NCBI GenBank assembly: GCA_038087875.1
Contig: JAXLNO010000462.1
Location: 186,001 to 250,000, forward strand
DNA: 64,000 bases
Direction: 5' to 3'
Source of the DNA: Malacoraja senta
Lineage: Eukaryota
Both the position numbers and the translations under genes were made by a program. The notes under the pieces are model-generated. The model searched no databases and was not told the DNA's origin. It saw nothing but the letters and a program-made list of their open reading frames with translations. Of the stretch, positions 36,342-48,752 are shown piece after piece (the stretch's first letter is position 1; each line of letters starts with the position of its first letter).

Positions 36342-36658
36342 TATTCCTACCGGGGGCTCCAACAACAAGACCAGGAGCGCGGCCTTGCATCGCCCGGCGT
36401 GGCTTTAATGACTGCGGGACTTATTTACCATCGCCCACCGGGGGCTTTGACTCTGACATCGGGAGGAGAATGGGGAGTGCAGGGGAGAGATAAGACTTTG
36501 CCTTCCATCACAGCGAGGAGGAGATTCGCTGTGATGAATGTTTGTGTAAATTGTGTTGTGTCTTGGTTCTTCTACTTGTTTGTATGACTGCAGAAACCAA
36601 ATTTCGTTTGAACCTCAATGAGGTTCAAATGACAACAAATAAATTGTATCATTGTATC
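36342..36658 (+). mobile_element. SINE-like insertion, same family as 13324-13875
   Basis: ccttccatcacag...ctgtgatg hairpin; terminal stem-loop; (ttgtatca)n tail. Confidence 0.7.
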
Positions 36659-37137
36659 ATCTTTTCCCCTTCACCTAGAACCCATGTCCTCTGGTCCTCG
36701 ATTCCCCCACTCTGGGCAAGAGATTCTGTGCATCTAACTAAATTGTGTTCTATCCAAGATTCCAGCATCTGCAGTTTCTTGTGTCTCCCTCACCTATATC
36801 CACCTATCACTTCTGAAGAAGGGTCTCAATCTGCAACGTCACCCATTCCTTCTCTCTAGAGATGCTGCCTGTCCCGCTGAGTTGCTCCAGCATTTTGTGT
36901 CCACTTATCTATTGCCAGGCATTGTCCAGCCCCCATCTCTCTTTCCAGCTTCCTCCCCCCCCCACCCTCTCCACTCAGTCTGAAGAAGGGTCCTGACTCT
37001 AAACGTCGTCTGACCATTCCCTCTAAAGCAGTGGAGGAACTCATTGGGTCAGGCCGCATCTGTAGAGGGAAGGGAATCTTAGGCAACCACTCCCACCTCT
37101 CCTTTCCAACATTCTCTACCCCCACACCAAGCAGTCT

Positions 37138-37370
37138 GGAGAGTGGTGAATCTCTGGAATTCTCTCCCACAGAAGGTAGTTGAGGCCAGTTCATTGGCTA
37201 TATTTAAGAGGGAGTTAGATGTGGCCCTTGTGGCTAAAGGGATCAGGGGGTATGGAGAGAAGGCAGGTACAGCATACCGAGTTGGATGATCAGCCATGAT
37301 CATATTGAATGGCGGTACTGGCTCGAAGGGCCGAATGGCCAACTCCTGCATCTATTTTCTACGTTTCTAT
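37138..37370 (+). mobile_element. CR1 3' end
   Basis: Matches about 1303-1525. Confidence 0.88.
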
Positions 37371-37546
37371 GAAGGGTCCTGTGCTGGAATGTTGCCTGTC
37401 CATGCTCTCCACACGTGCAAGTTACTCCAGGAGATTGGGTCTCTTTTTGTAAACCAGCATCTGCTGTTCCTTGTATCTAGAATGGGCGTGCATTACACCC
37501 TACACTTGCGCTCGGTCTGCCAAGGCCTGCTGGATCTCCCGGTTCC

Positions 37547-38461
37547 AGATGACACAAAGCTGGGTGGCAGTGTGAACAGTGAGGATGATGCTATGAGAAT
37601 GCAGGGTGACTTGGACAGGTTGGGGGAGTGGGCAGATGCATGGCAGATGCAGTTTAATGTAGATAAATGTGAGGTTATCCACTTTGGTAGCAAAAACAGG
37701 AAGGCAGATTACTATCTAAATGGCATCAATTTGGGAAAAGGGGAAGTACAACGGGATCCGGGGGTCCTTGTACATCAGTCTATGAAAGTAAGTATGCAGG
37801 TACAGCAGGCAGTGAAGAAAGCGAATGGCATGTTGGCCTTTATAACAAGAGGAATCGAATATAGGAGCAAAGAGGTCCTGCAGTTGTACAGAGCCCTAGT
37901 GAGACCACACCTGGAGTATTGTGTGCAGTTTTGGTCCCCCAATTTGAGGAAGGACATTCTTGCATAGGTTTACAAGGTTCATTCCTGGGATGGCGGGACT
38001 GTCATATGCTGAGAGAATGGAGCAGCTGGGCTTGTGCACCCTGGAGTTGAGAAGGATGAGAGGGTATCTCATTGAAACATATAAGATTGTTAAGGGCTTG
38101 GACGCACTAGAGGCAGGAAACATGTTCCCGATTTTGGGGGAGTCCAGAACCAGGGGCCACAGTTTAAGAATAAGGAGTAAGCCATTTAGAACGGAGACGA
38201 GGAAACACTTTTTCTCACAGAGAGTGGTGAATCTGTGGAATTCTCTGCCTCAGAGGGAGGTGGAGGCAGGTTCTCTGGATGCTTTCAGGAGAGAGCTAGA
38301 TAGGGCTCTTAAAAATAGTGGAGTCAGGGGATATGGGGAGAAGGCAGGAACGGGGTACTGATTGGGGATGATCAGCCATGATCACATTGAATGGCGGTGC
38401 TGGCTCAAAGGGCCGAATGGCCTACTCCTGCACCTATTTTCTATGTTTCTATAAATCTATG
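37547..38461 (+). mobile_element. CR1 3' part
   Basis: DDTKLGG through GYGEKAGTGY* plus tail. Confidence 0.92.
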
Positions 38462-39640
38462 TCGGCTCCCACAAAATGTGAATGTTAGTCTTCACAATAT
38501 ATATGCAAACATTTTCTGAGATTTCAGGAAATTCCCAGCCCCCTCCTTTGGCCTCCGGGCTCAGGTATGATGTACCCCATGCACCACTCTCTCATAGGCC
38601 CTGTGAATATGTACGCGCATACGTGAACAAAATACTGTGTGTGGTCTGTACCTTTGTTAGGTTCCTAAAAATGGCCTCAACAAATTGGTTCCAGCAGCCC
38701 CAGATTTGGTGCCCATTGTTGACAGTTTAACAAAGATCATCCTCTGGTGTGTTAAAACGACTTCTGAAAGCTGCCTGCATGTCTTCCAAGAGAATGGATT
38801 GTGCTACAGAAAGTAAACAAACATGCACTTAAAAACCATTGAGGACTGTGTTAATTGTCGGCCTGCGAGGATGAGAAAGGAAGAAGGACAGATGATAAGT
38901 AGGAACTTTAAAACAAATATAACATGTGCTAATTGCCTGCCTTCCCGCATATTGAATGTAGCAGCTTTTGGAGACAAGATTCAAACACATAACCTGTGAA
39001 AGGTGTCTGCAAGAGAATGGAAGAGGTGCTGCAGAATATAATTAACAACTTGATTGCCTGCAACCCTGCTAGAGAATTACATAGATCTAAAGCGTTATTG
39101 CAGGAAATATTATGAACTTTTACATCTAAATGAACCTGTCCAAATTGCAATCATGGCTAAAAGAAAATTGTTGAGCTTCTGAAGTCAAAAAATAAGCAGG
39201 TACTCACAAGTGCAGTCAGGATACCCTCTATCACAAACAGTACTTGGAACAGCAAGTTGACAAAGCCCATATATCACAAACCATAGAAAACTGGGGACAT
39301 TAGAAGATCTCCAAAGACCTTGGCACATCAACCAGAAACAAGTAGAGTGACTGTAGAGGGAGAAACAACAGCAGGTGAGAAGATTCTACATTCACCTCAA
39401 AATATCAAACACTGGATGGACTGGGCCTGGAAAAATAACTCTAGGCCCAAAGTTTCAAAGTCAGTTTATTGTCACATGTACCAATTAAGGTACAGTGAAA
39501 TTGAAATGTCTGCAGTACTGAATCCTACAGGGTAGAAGATTAATTGACTATTTTCATAATCAAACTGCCACAGCAACATGCCAGCTATGTCAAAGACACA
39601 CTTCACACAAACAGTGAACTCCCTGACTGAGCTGCCCAAT

Positions 39641-40222
39641 TCAAGTCAAGTCAAGTCAAGTCACATTTATTTATATAACACATTTAAAAAACAACTCTCG
39701 TTGGCCAAAGTGCTTTACATGTGTTATAAGAATAGCACAAACAAAACAAACTACATACATATATACTTGTAGCCCTCACTCAGAGGATGTCAGGAAAGGC
39801 TTGGGAGTATAGATAAGTCTTTAATCTTGACTTAAAAGAGTCGATGGAGGGGGCAGTTCTGATGGGAAAGGGGATGCTGTTCCACAGTCTAGGTAGGGGC
39901 TGCAACCGCAAAGGCGTGGTCGCCCCTGAGCTTATGCCTAGACCGCGGGATATTCAGCAACCCCAAGTCAGCCAATCTGAGGGGCCTGGAGGTGGAGTGG
40001 TGGGTAAGAAGACTTTTTATGTAGGTGGGGGCAAGCCCATTGAGGGCTTTGTAGACATGGAGGAGGATCTTGAAATTTATATGGAACCGCACAGGGAGCC
40101 AGTGGAGAGAGGCCAGGATCGGGGTGATGTGGTCCCTTTTTCGGGTGCCCGTCAGGAGTCTCGCTGCGGCGTTTTGGACCAGTTGCGGGCGGGACAGGGA
40201 AGATTGGCTGATGCCAGTGTAA
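39641..40222 (-). mobile_element. L2 3' fragment
   Basis: QNAAARLLTG...HITPILASLHWLPV; (cttga)n tail. Confidence 0.88.
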
Positions 40223-40514
40223 AGACCCAGGACCACTGCTCCTATCCACAGCCCAGGACAACTGCACTCAGACACTCCCACAACTCCCCCCTTTTATACA
40301 CAGCAACTGACAATTTTCTAATCAGCTTCAATCAAGCCATTACCATATTAACTCTTCGCCCACCAGTGGCCAATCAATGTTTGTTGCACACATCATGATA
40401 TCCACCTGGGGCAGTAGTTGTCTGCGGGACAATAATTGCCCTCTGTTGATTAATTGCTCTTAGCAATTAAAGTGGCTGCTTGCATTTCTTCAAGTCAGAG
40501 ACGACCATAACACA

Positions 40515-40985
40515 CAGAATCAGGATTAGGCCATTCGGCCCATCAGGTCTACTCCGCCATTCAATCATGGTTGATCTATGTCTCCCTCCTAACCCCATTC
40601 TCCTGCCTTCTCCCCATAACCCCTGACACCCGCACTAATCAACAATCTATCTATCTCTGCCTCAAATATACCCACTGACTTGTGGCCTCCACCGCCGTCT
40701 GTGGCAACGAATCCCACAGATTCACCGCCCTCTGGCTAAAGAAATTCCACCTCATTTCCTTCCAAAAGGAAGGTCCTTTAATTCTGAGGCTGTGCCCTCT
40801 GGTCCTAGACTCTCCCACTAGTGGAAACATCCTCTCTATCCGGGCCTTTCACTGTTCGGTGACGTTTCAATGCCCCCCCACCCCTCCCCCCCCCAATCTT
40901 CGAAACTCCAGCAAGTACAGGCCCAGCGCCGACAAACGCTCATCGTACGTTAACCCACTCATTCCTGGGATCGTTCTTGTAAACG
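40515..40985 (-). mobile_element. Old CR1 3' fragment
   Basis: ggccattcggccc tail motif and RT C-terminus similarity. Confidence 0.8.
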
Positions 40986-41581
40986 CTAACTCTTTTGTCT
41001 TGCTGATGTTGAGGGATGGATTGTTATCCTGACAATAGGTGCAGGACTAGGCCATTCGGCCCTTCAGGACAGAAGGTTCTCAATGTCTTTCCCATATTCT
41101 ATCTCATCTCATCTTTGCTGCTCATGTGGCTGAAATGGTGTTCTGACCAGTTGACGGACGTTGTGGGTGGCAAGGTCAAGACCCTGAGGGTCATTGGTGT
41201 CAAAGGTCAGGGTGGACGGAATGTTCTGACCAGTGGACGGACGTCTGGATCCCATTGGCCTGAGACCTGGCCACAAGTTGTGGGTGGCAAGGTCTTGACC
41301 CCGAGGGACATTGGTGTCAAGGGTCACAGTGGAGGGAATGTTCTGACCAATTCTAACGTCTGAGAAGTGAACAGTGATGATTTGTTAATTCATCATGGCT
41401 GAAGCAGGTGGGCTCACTTCTGACTAGACTTTACTGTGGACATTGAAACAGGAAAAGTAAACTTTCTTTATTAACAATGAATGACCCAGAGAAAGGAGAA
41501 TGTTAGTCTTGGAAGCTCATAGCGTCACAGCATGGAAACAGGCATGGAAACAGCCCAGCATGGAAACAGGCCCTTCCCTCG

Positions 41582-43606
41582 GCCCAACATGCCCCATCTA
41601 CACTAGTCCCACACCGACCAACATGCTCCATCTACACTAGTCCCGCCCCGACCAACATGCCCCATCTACACTAGTCCCACCACGACCAACATGCCCCATC
41701 TACACTAGTCCCGCCCCAACCAACATGCCCCATCTACACTAGTCCCACCCCGACCAACATGCCCCATCTACACTAGTCCCGCCCCAACCAACATGCCCCA
41801 TCTACACTAGTCCCACCCCGACCAACATGCTCCATCTACACTAGTCCCACCCCGACCAACATGCCCCATCTACACTGGTCCCACCCCGACCAACATGCCC
41901 CATCTACACTAGTCCCACCGCGACCAACATGCCCCATCTACACTAGTCCCACCCCGACCAACATGCCCCATCTACACTAGTCCCGCCCCCGACCAATATC
42001 CCCCATCTACCGACCAACATGCCCCACCAACATGCCTCATCTACACTAGTCCCACCCCGACCAACATGCCCCATCTGCACTAGTCCCACCCCGACCAACA
42101 TGCCCCATCTACACTAGTCCCACCCCGACCAACATGCCCCATCTACACTAGTCCCACCCCGACAAACATGCCACATCTACACTAGTCCCACCCTGACCAA
42201 CATGCCCCAGCTACACTAGTCCCACCCCGACCAACATGCCCCATCTACACTGGTCCCACCCCGACAAACATGCCCCATCTACACTAGTCCCACCTGCCCA
42301 CCCCGACCAACATGCTCCATCTACACTAGTCCCACCTCGACCAACATGCCCCATCTACACGTCCCACCTCGACCAACATGCCCCATCGACACTAGTCCCA
42401 CACCGACCAACATGCCCCATCTACACTAGTCCCACCCTGACCAACATGCCCCATCTACACTAGTCCCACCTTGACCAACATGCCCCATCGACACTAGTCC
42501 CACACCGACCAACATGCCCCATCTACACTAGTCCCACCCCGACCAACATGCCCCATCTACACTGGTCCCACCCCGACAAACATGCCCCATCTACACTAGT
42601 CCCACCTGCCCACCCCGACCAACATGCTCCATCTACACTAGTCCCACCTCGACCAACATGCCCCATCTACACGTCCCACCTCGACCAACATGCCCCATCT
42701 ACACTAGTCCCACCTCGACCAACATGCCCCATCGACACTAGTCCCACCCCGACCAACATGCCCCATCTACACTAGTCCCACCCCAACCAGCATGCCCAAT
42801 CTACACTAGTCCCACCCCGACCAACATGCCCCATCTACACTAGTCCCACCTCGACCAACATGCCCCATCTACACTAGTCCCACCCCGACCAACATGCCCC
42901 ATCTACACTAGTCCCACCTCGACCAACATGCCCCATCGACACTAATAATAATAATGATGGATGGGATTTATATAGCGCCTTTCTAATACTCAAGGCGCTT
43001 TACATCGCATTATTCATTCACTCCTCAGTCACACTCGGTGGTGGTGAGCTACTTCTGTAGCCACAGCTGCCCTGGGGCAGACTGAGGGAAGCGTGGCTGC
43101 TAATCTGCGCCTACGGCCCCTCCGACCACCACCAATCACTCACACACATTCACACACATTCACACGCAGGCAAAGGTGGGTGAAGTGTCTTGCCCAAGGA
43201 CACAACGACAGTATGCACTCCAAGCGGGATTCGAACCGGCTACCTTCCGGTTGCCAGCCGAACACTTAGCCCATTGCGCCACCTGTCGACACTAGTCCCA
43301 CCCCGACCAACATACCCCAGCTACACTAGTCCCACCCCGACCAACATGCCCAATCTACACTAGTCCCTCCCCGACCAACATGCCCCATCTACACTAATCC
43401 CACCTCGACCAACATGCCCCATCTACACTAGTCCCACCTCGACCAACATGCCCCATCGACACTAGTCCCACCCCGACCAACATGCCCCATCTACACTAGT
43501 CCCACCCCGACCAACATGCCCAATCTACACTAGTCCCACCCCGACCAACATGCCCCATCTACATTCGTCCCACCCCGACCAACATGCCCCATCTACACTG
43601 TTCCCA
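41582..43606. repeat. 34-bp minisatellite expanded inside a minus-strand CR1 3' end (CR1 spans about 41530-43752)
   Basis: Unit accccgaccaacatgccccatctacactagtccc, roughly 50 copies. Confidence 0.95.
42945..43285 (-). mobile_element. tRNA-derived SINE with L2-type tail
   Basis: A box tggcgcaatgg, B box ggttcgaatcc, CORE-like ccttgggcaagacactt, tail gcgctatataaat..(tta)n; 9-bp TSD tcgacacta. Confidence 0.88.
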
Positions 43607-44504
43607 CCTGCCCGCGTTTGGCCCATGTCCCTCCAAACCTGTCCAATCCAAGTGTCTCCTAAACATTGTGATAGTCCCTGCCTCAACTACCTCCTCCGGC
43701 AGCTCATTCCATACACCCACCTCCCTCTGTGTGGAAAAGTTGCCCCTCAGATTGACATTATTAATGTGAACCATTTGTGCACAACTCTGCTGGTGTGAGT
43801 AATAAATGAAATGATAGATAACAAAAATACACAGTGGTGCAGCGGTGAGGGGCCTGACGCGTGCATGTGGGGCTGGTTTCGATAGGCATGGCTGTGTGTT
43901 TCTGTGCTGTGGGACTGACGGGGCTCAACAGGGTAGTAGTATGATGCTTTAGCCTGCAGCAATCCAGGAGAACTGTGTTCCAGATGCTTCATTAGTTTGT
44001 TGTTCTGCACATCGATCGGGAGGTGATGAAATCGCCCGTTCACACGCACCCGCCAGAGCAAACAGTGTACATACAGTGATGACAAACGCAATAAATGCAA
44101 TATCCAGTGCAGAATTGTGCAAGATTGTGTTGCAGAAAGCCCGGGGTAGCACGGACGAGAGGGGCCGAAGGGCCTGTCGCCAGGCAGGGCAACCACCGAC
44201 GCTGTCCGTGTGGAGTTTGCTCGCTTCCCGCTCCGTGATGGACCGGAGCGGGTCGGGGCAGGGGAGGCGAGCTCAGCCTTCCAAGCCTCAATCCAAGCTC
44301 AGCCTTCCTCCCGCGCATCCTAGCCCCGATGGGCCGAGTGCCGCCGCCTTCCTCCCAACAGCCGAGGGGGGAAATATAGACGAAACCTCTTCCAACCACC
44401 CGAATCCCTCAGGGAATGCCCCTGTCCTGTCTTTGAAATCAAGCTGTCACAATTGTGCACGATCAGTCAGCATTATCCTTTTTTTAATATATAGACGAAA
44501 GCTG

Positions 44505-44752
44505 ATCAAGTTCAAGTTGGAATTTATTGTCACATGCACCAATGTACAGTGATATTTGAGTTACCATACAGCCATACTGAGTAAAAAGCAACAAGACACA
44601 CAGCCATATCAAATAAAATCTAACATAAACATCCACCACAGCGGAATCCACATTCCCCACTGTGATGGAAGGTAATAAAGTTCAATCATCTTCCCCTTTT
44701 GTTCACCCGTGGTCGGAGCTGTTGAACCCTCCGCAGTCGCCGCTCGCTGCCG
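44505..44752 (-). mobile_element. SINE-like element (paralog at about 61400-61647)
   Basis: ccttccatcacagtg hairpin; tgacaataaa plus (acttga)n tail. Confidence 0.7.
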
Positions 44753-44789
44753 ACACATTACATAAAAGTCCCTTTAAACTTCCATGATC

Positions 44790-45245
44790 CAAAGACATCC
44801 TCATGAAGAAGGCCAATGCTTGGACAGCTATCCAGCCAGAAGATGCAAAAGCATTGCGGGAGTTTGCGATATTGCTCAGAAGTATGAAAGAAACGACTAC
44901 CCTCTTAGACCACATGCAAGAAATGAATGTTGTTAGCAATATGAAAATAATCATTCTAAAACTGCCCTATAGACTTAGAGAAAAGATAAAGCTGGTCTGT
45001 TAGAGGAAAATGAGAATCGAGAGGCCATGCTTCCTGATCTGGGGAACTTCATAGAAAAGGAAGTACGGATCATGTCAAATTTACACTATGGGAGTATTCA
45101 AGATCCTAAACCAATCGCAACTGTTAAAAGTTCTACCTTTACTCAAACAAAAGGAAGATCAGGACCTAAGGGAAGTAGTTTTGATTCCGCTGTAAATACC
45201 TGCAGAAACGAAAGGCCAAAAGGAAGAAGATACATCTACTGTTAA
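44790..45245 (+). mobile_element. BEL/Pao gag remnant (deleted paralog at about 61085-61360)
   Basis: EDAKALREFAILLR...IILKLPYRLREK...DLGNFIEKEVRIMSN.HYGSIQD. Confidence 0.7.
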
Positions 45246-45827
45246 GCCAAGATGGTTCTGATTGTCATCCAGCGAGAAGAAGACTGAGGAATGACAAAGA
45301 GATGGCCCACGAGGGAAGGGAAGGGGGGCTGTCGATGACTGGTCAGCTCGGACCTTGTATACCATCCCAAGAATGGACACCACATTCTTGACAGCGCCAA
45401 GGAGAGCTTGTAATAGGAACACTTCTCCATCCGTTTCTCACTACGGATGGCTGACCTGTTGAGTTCTGTCGGCACTGGAGAGGAATGGACAGGTGACGTG
45501 TCGGGTCTGGACACTTCTTTGGACTGATGGAATCGGGGGAGAAAGCTGGAAAAAAGAGATGGGGTCGGGACAGACTCCAGGTCATGATTAGGAGGGAGGC
45601 TTTTCCTTAATTTGCAGACTTCAATGTTCATGTCATTGGGCTGTAAGCTATGAGGTGCTGTTCCTCCAGTTTGCATGTCACCTCACTCTGGCAATGGAGG
45701 AGGCCCAGGACAGAAAGATCAGTGTGGGAGTAGGAAGGAAGTTAAAATGATTGGCAACCGGGAGATCCAGCAGGTCTTGGAGGACCGAGCACAAGTGTAG
45801 GGTGGAATACACGCCTAGTCCTGATAC

Positions 45828-47647
45828 ATTAGACATTAGACAAGAGAGAATAGGTGCAGGAGTAGGCCATTCGGCCCTTCGAACCAGCACCACCATTCAA
45901 TGTGATTATGGCTGATCATCCACAATCAGTATCCCGCTCCTGCCTTCTCCCCATATCCCCTTACTCCGCTAACATTAAGACCCCTATCTAGCTCTCACTT
46001 GATAGTATCCAGAGAACCTGCCTCCCCTGTGAGGCAGAGAATTCCACCGACTCACAACTCACTGTGTGTAAAAGTGTTTCCTCATCTCCATTCTAAATGG
46101 CTTACCCCTTATTCTTAAACTGTGTGTGACCCCTGGTTCTGGACTCCCCCAACATCGGGAACTTGTTTCCTGCCTCTAGCGTATCCAAATCCTTAATAAT
46201 CCTATATGTTTCAATAAGATCCCCTCTCACCCTTCTAAACTCCAGAGTGTACAAGCCCAGCCGCTACATTCTCTCAGCATATGACAGTCCCGCCATCCCG
46301 GGAATTAACCTTGTAAACCTATGCTGCACTCCCTTAATAGCAAGAATGTCCGTCCTCAAATTTGGAGACCAAAACTGTACACAATACTCTAGGTGTGGTC
46401 TCACTAGGGCCCGATACAACTGCAGAAGGACCTCTTTACTCCTAAACTCAACTACTCTTGTTATGAAGACAAACATGCCATTCGCTTTCTTCACTGCCTG
46501 CTGTACCTGCATGCTTAATTTCAGTCACTGATGAACAAGAACTCCCAGATCCCGTTGTACCTCCGCATTTTCCAACTTGACACCATTTAGATAATAATCT
46601 GCCTTCCTGTTTCTGCTACCAAAGTGGATAACCTCACATTTATCCACATTGTAATGCATCTTCCCACTCCCCCAACCTGTCCAAGTCACCACTGCATTCC
46701 CATAGCATCCTCCTCACAGTTCACACTGCCACCCAGCTTTGTCTCATCTGCAAATTTGCTAATGTTACTTTTAAATCTATTCATTGAAGTATATGATAAA
46801 TAGCTGCGGTCCCAGCTCCGAGCCTTGCGCTACCCCACTAGTCACTGCCTGCCATTCTGAAAGGGACCTGTTAATCCCTACTCTTTGTTTCCTGTCTGCC
46901 AACCAATTTTCTATCCATGTCAGCACTCTACCCCCAATACCATATGCCCTAAATTTGCCCCCAAATCTCCCATGTGGAACCTTATCAAATGCTTTCTGAA
47001 AGTCCTGGTACACTACATCCACTGGCTCTCCCTTGTCCATTTTCCTAGTTACATCCTCAAAAAATTCCAGAAGATTAGTCAAGCATGATTTCCCCTTCGT
47101 AAATCCATGCTGACTCGGACCGATCCTGTTAATGCTATCCAAATATGCGGCTATTTCATCTTTTATAATTGCCTCCAGCATCTTCCCCACCACCGATGTC
47201 AAGCTAACTGGTCTATAATTCCATGTTTTCTCTCTCCCGCCTTTCTTAAAAAGTGGGATAACATTAGCTACCCTCCAATCCACAGCAACTGATCCTGAGT
47301 CTATGGAACATTGGAAAATGATCGCCAATGCGTCCACGATTTCTAGAGCCACTTCCTTAAGTACCCTGGGATGCAGACGATCAGGCCCTGGGGATTTATC
47401 AGCCTTCAGTCCCATCAGTCTACCCAACACAATGTCCTACCTAATGTGGATTTCCTTCAGTTCCTCCATCACCCCAGATCCTCTGGCCACTGGTACATCA
47501 GGAAGATTGTTTGTCCTCCTTAGTGAAGACGGATCCAAAGTACCTGTTCAACTCATCTGCCATTTCCTTGTTCCCCATAATAAATTCACCTTTTTCAATC
47601 TTCAAGAGTCCAACTTTGGTCTTAACTAATGTTTTCCTCTTCACATA
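45828..47647 (-). mobile_element. CR1, 5'-truncated
   Basis: ORFs 46777-47430 and 46264-46512; (tgtctaa)n tail. Confidence 0.93.
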
Positions 47648-47651
47648 CGTA

Positions 47652-48145
47652 AAGAAGGAACGGCAGATGCTGGTTTAGAAAGAGAGATCTCATGGAGTAA
47701 CTTGCACCTCTGGAGAGCATGGACAGGCAACATTCTAGGTCAGGACCCTTCTTCAGACTGCTTGGTGTGGGGGGTGGAGAAAGTTGAAAAGGAGAGGTGG
47801 GAGTGGTCGCCTTAGATTCCCTTCCCTCTACAGATGCGGCCTGACCCACAGAGTTCCTCCACAGCTTTAGAGGGAATGGACAGACAACGTTTTGAGTCAG
47901 GACCCTTCTTCAGACTGAGTGGAGAGTGTGGGGGGAGGAAGCTGGAAAAGAGAGATGGGGGCTGGACAAAGCCTGGCAAGTGATAGGTGGACACAAAATG
48001 TTGGAGTAACTCAGCGGGACACGCAGCATCTCTAGAGAGAAAGAATGGGTGACGTTTCAGGTTGAGACCCTTCTTCAGAAGTGATAGGTGGATATAGGTG
48101 AGGGAGACACAAGATACTGCAGATGCTGGAATCTTGGATAGAACA
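47652..48145 (-). repeat. Cluster of non-coding PLE-terminus units with three hammerhead-like cores
   Basis: ctgaagaaggg..aaacgt at about 47732-47760, 47886-47915, 48048-48080; the last keeps GAAAC-GUC. Confidence 0.65.
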
Positions 48146-48752
48146 CAATTTAGTTAGATGCACAGAATCTCTTGCCCAGAATGGGGGAATCGAGGACCAG
48201 AGGACATGGGTTCAAGGTGAAGGGGAAAAGATTTAAAAGGAAACTGAGGGGTAACTTTTTCACACAGAGGGTGGTGGGAGTATGGAACAAACTGTCGGAG
48301 GAGGCAGTTGAGGCTGTGACTATCCCAAGAAACAGTTCGACAGTTACATGGATAGGACAAGTTTGGAGGGATATGGACCAAACACTGGCAGGTGGGACTA
48401 GTGTAGCTGGGACATGTTGGTCGGTGTGGGCAAGTGTGGCCGAGGGCCTGTTTCCACACTGTATCACTCTGTGACTAACACAATGTGCTGTAGTAACTCA
48501 GCGGGTCAGGCAGCATCTGTGGAGAACATGGATAAGTGACATTCACAGAGTTCTGGAGTAACTCAGCGGGTCAGGCAGCATCTATGGAGAACATGGATAG
48601 GTGACATTTCAGAGTGCTGGAGTAACTCAGCGGGACAGGCAGCATCTCTGGAGAGAAGGAATGGGTGACATTTCGGGTCGACACTGAAGATGGGTCTCGA
48701 CCCAGAAACGTTACCCATTCCTTCCAGCATTTTGTGTCTTCCTAAACAGCGC

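Larger units (their letters stand above)
36112..37546 (+). repeat. Third partial copy of the ZNF-downstream cassette
   Basis: Reverse complement of about 47652-48460 joined directly to the homolog of about 45755-45825. Confidence 0.8.

Noticed and set aside
38730..39110. Possible gag zinc-knuckle remnant or weak internal repeat (QENGLCY)
   Set aside because: Short match with multiple stops and no supporting domains
43222..43285. tRNA gene
   Set aside because: Head of a SINE with TSD and L2 tail; no complete cloverleaf seen
41582..43606. 34-bp array as CRISPR or a repeat protein
   Set aside because: No spacers; the unit is CR1-derived and contains stops
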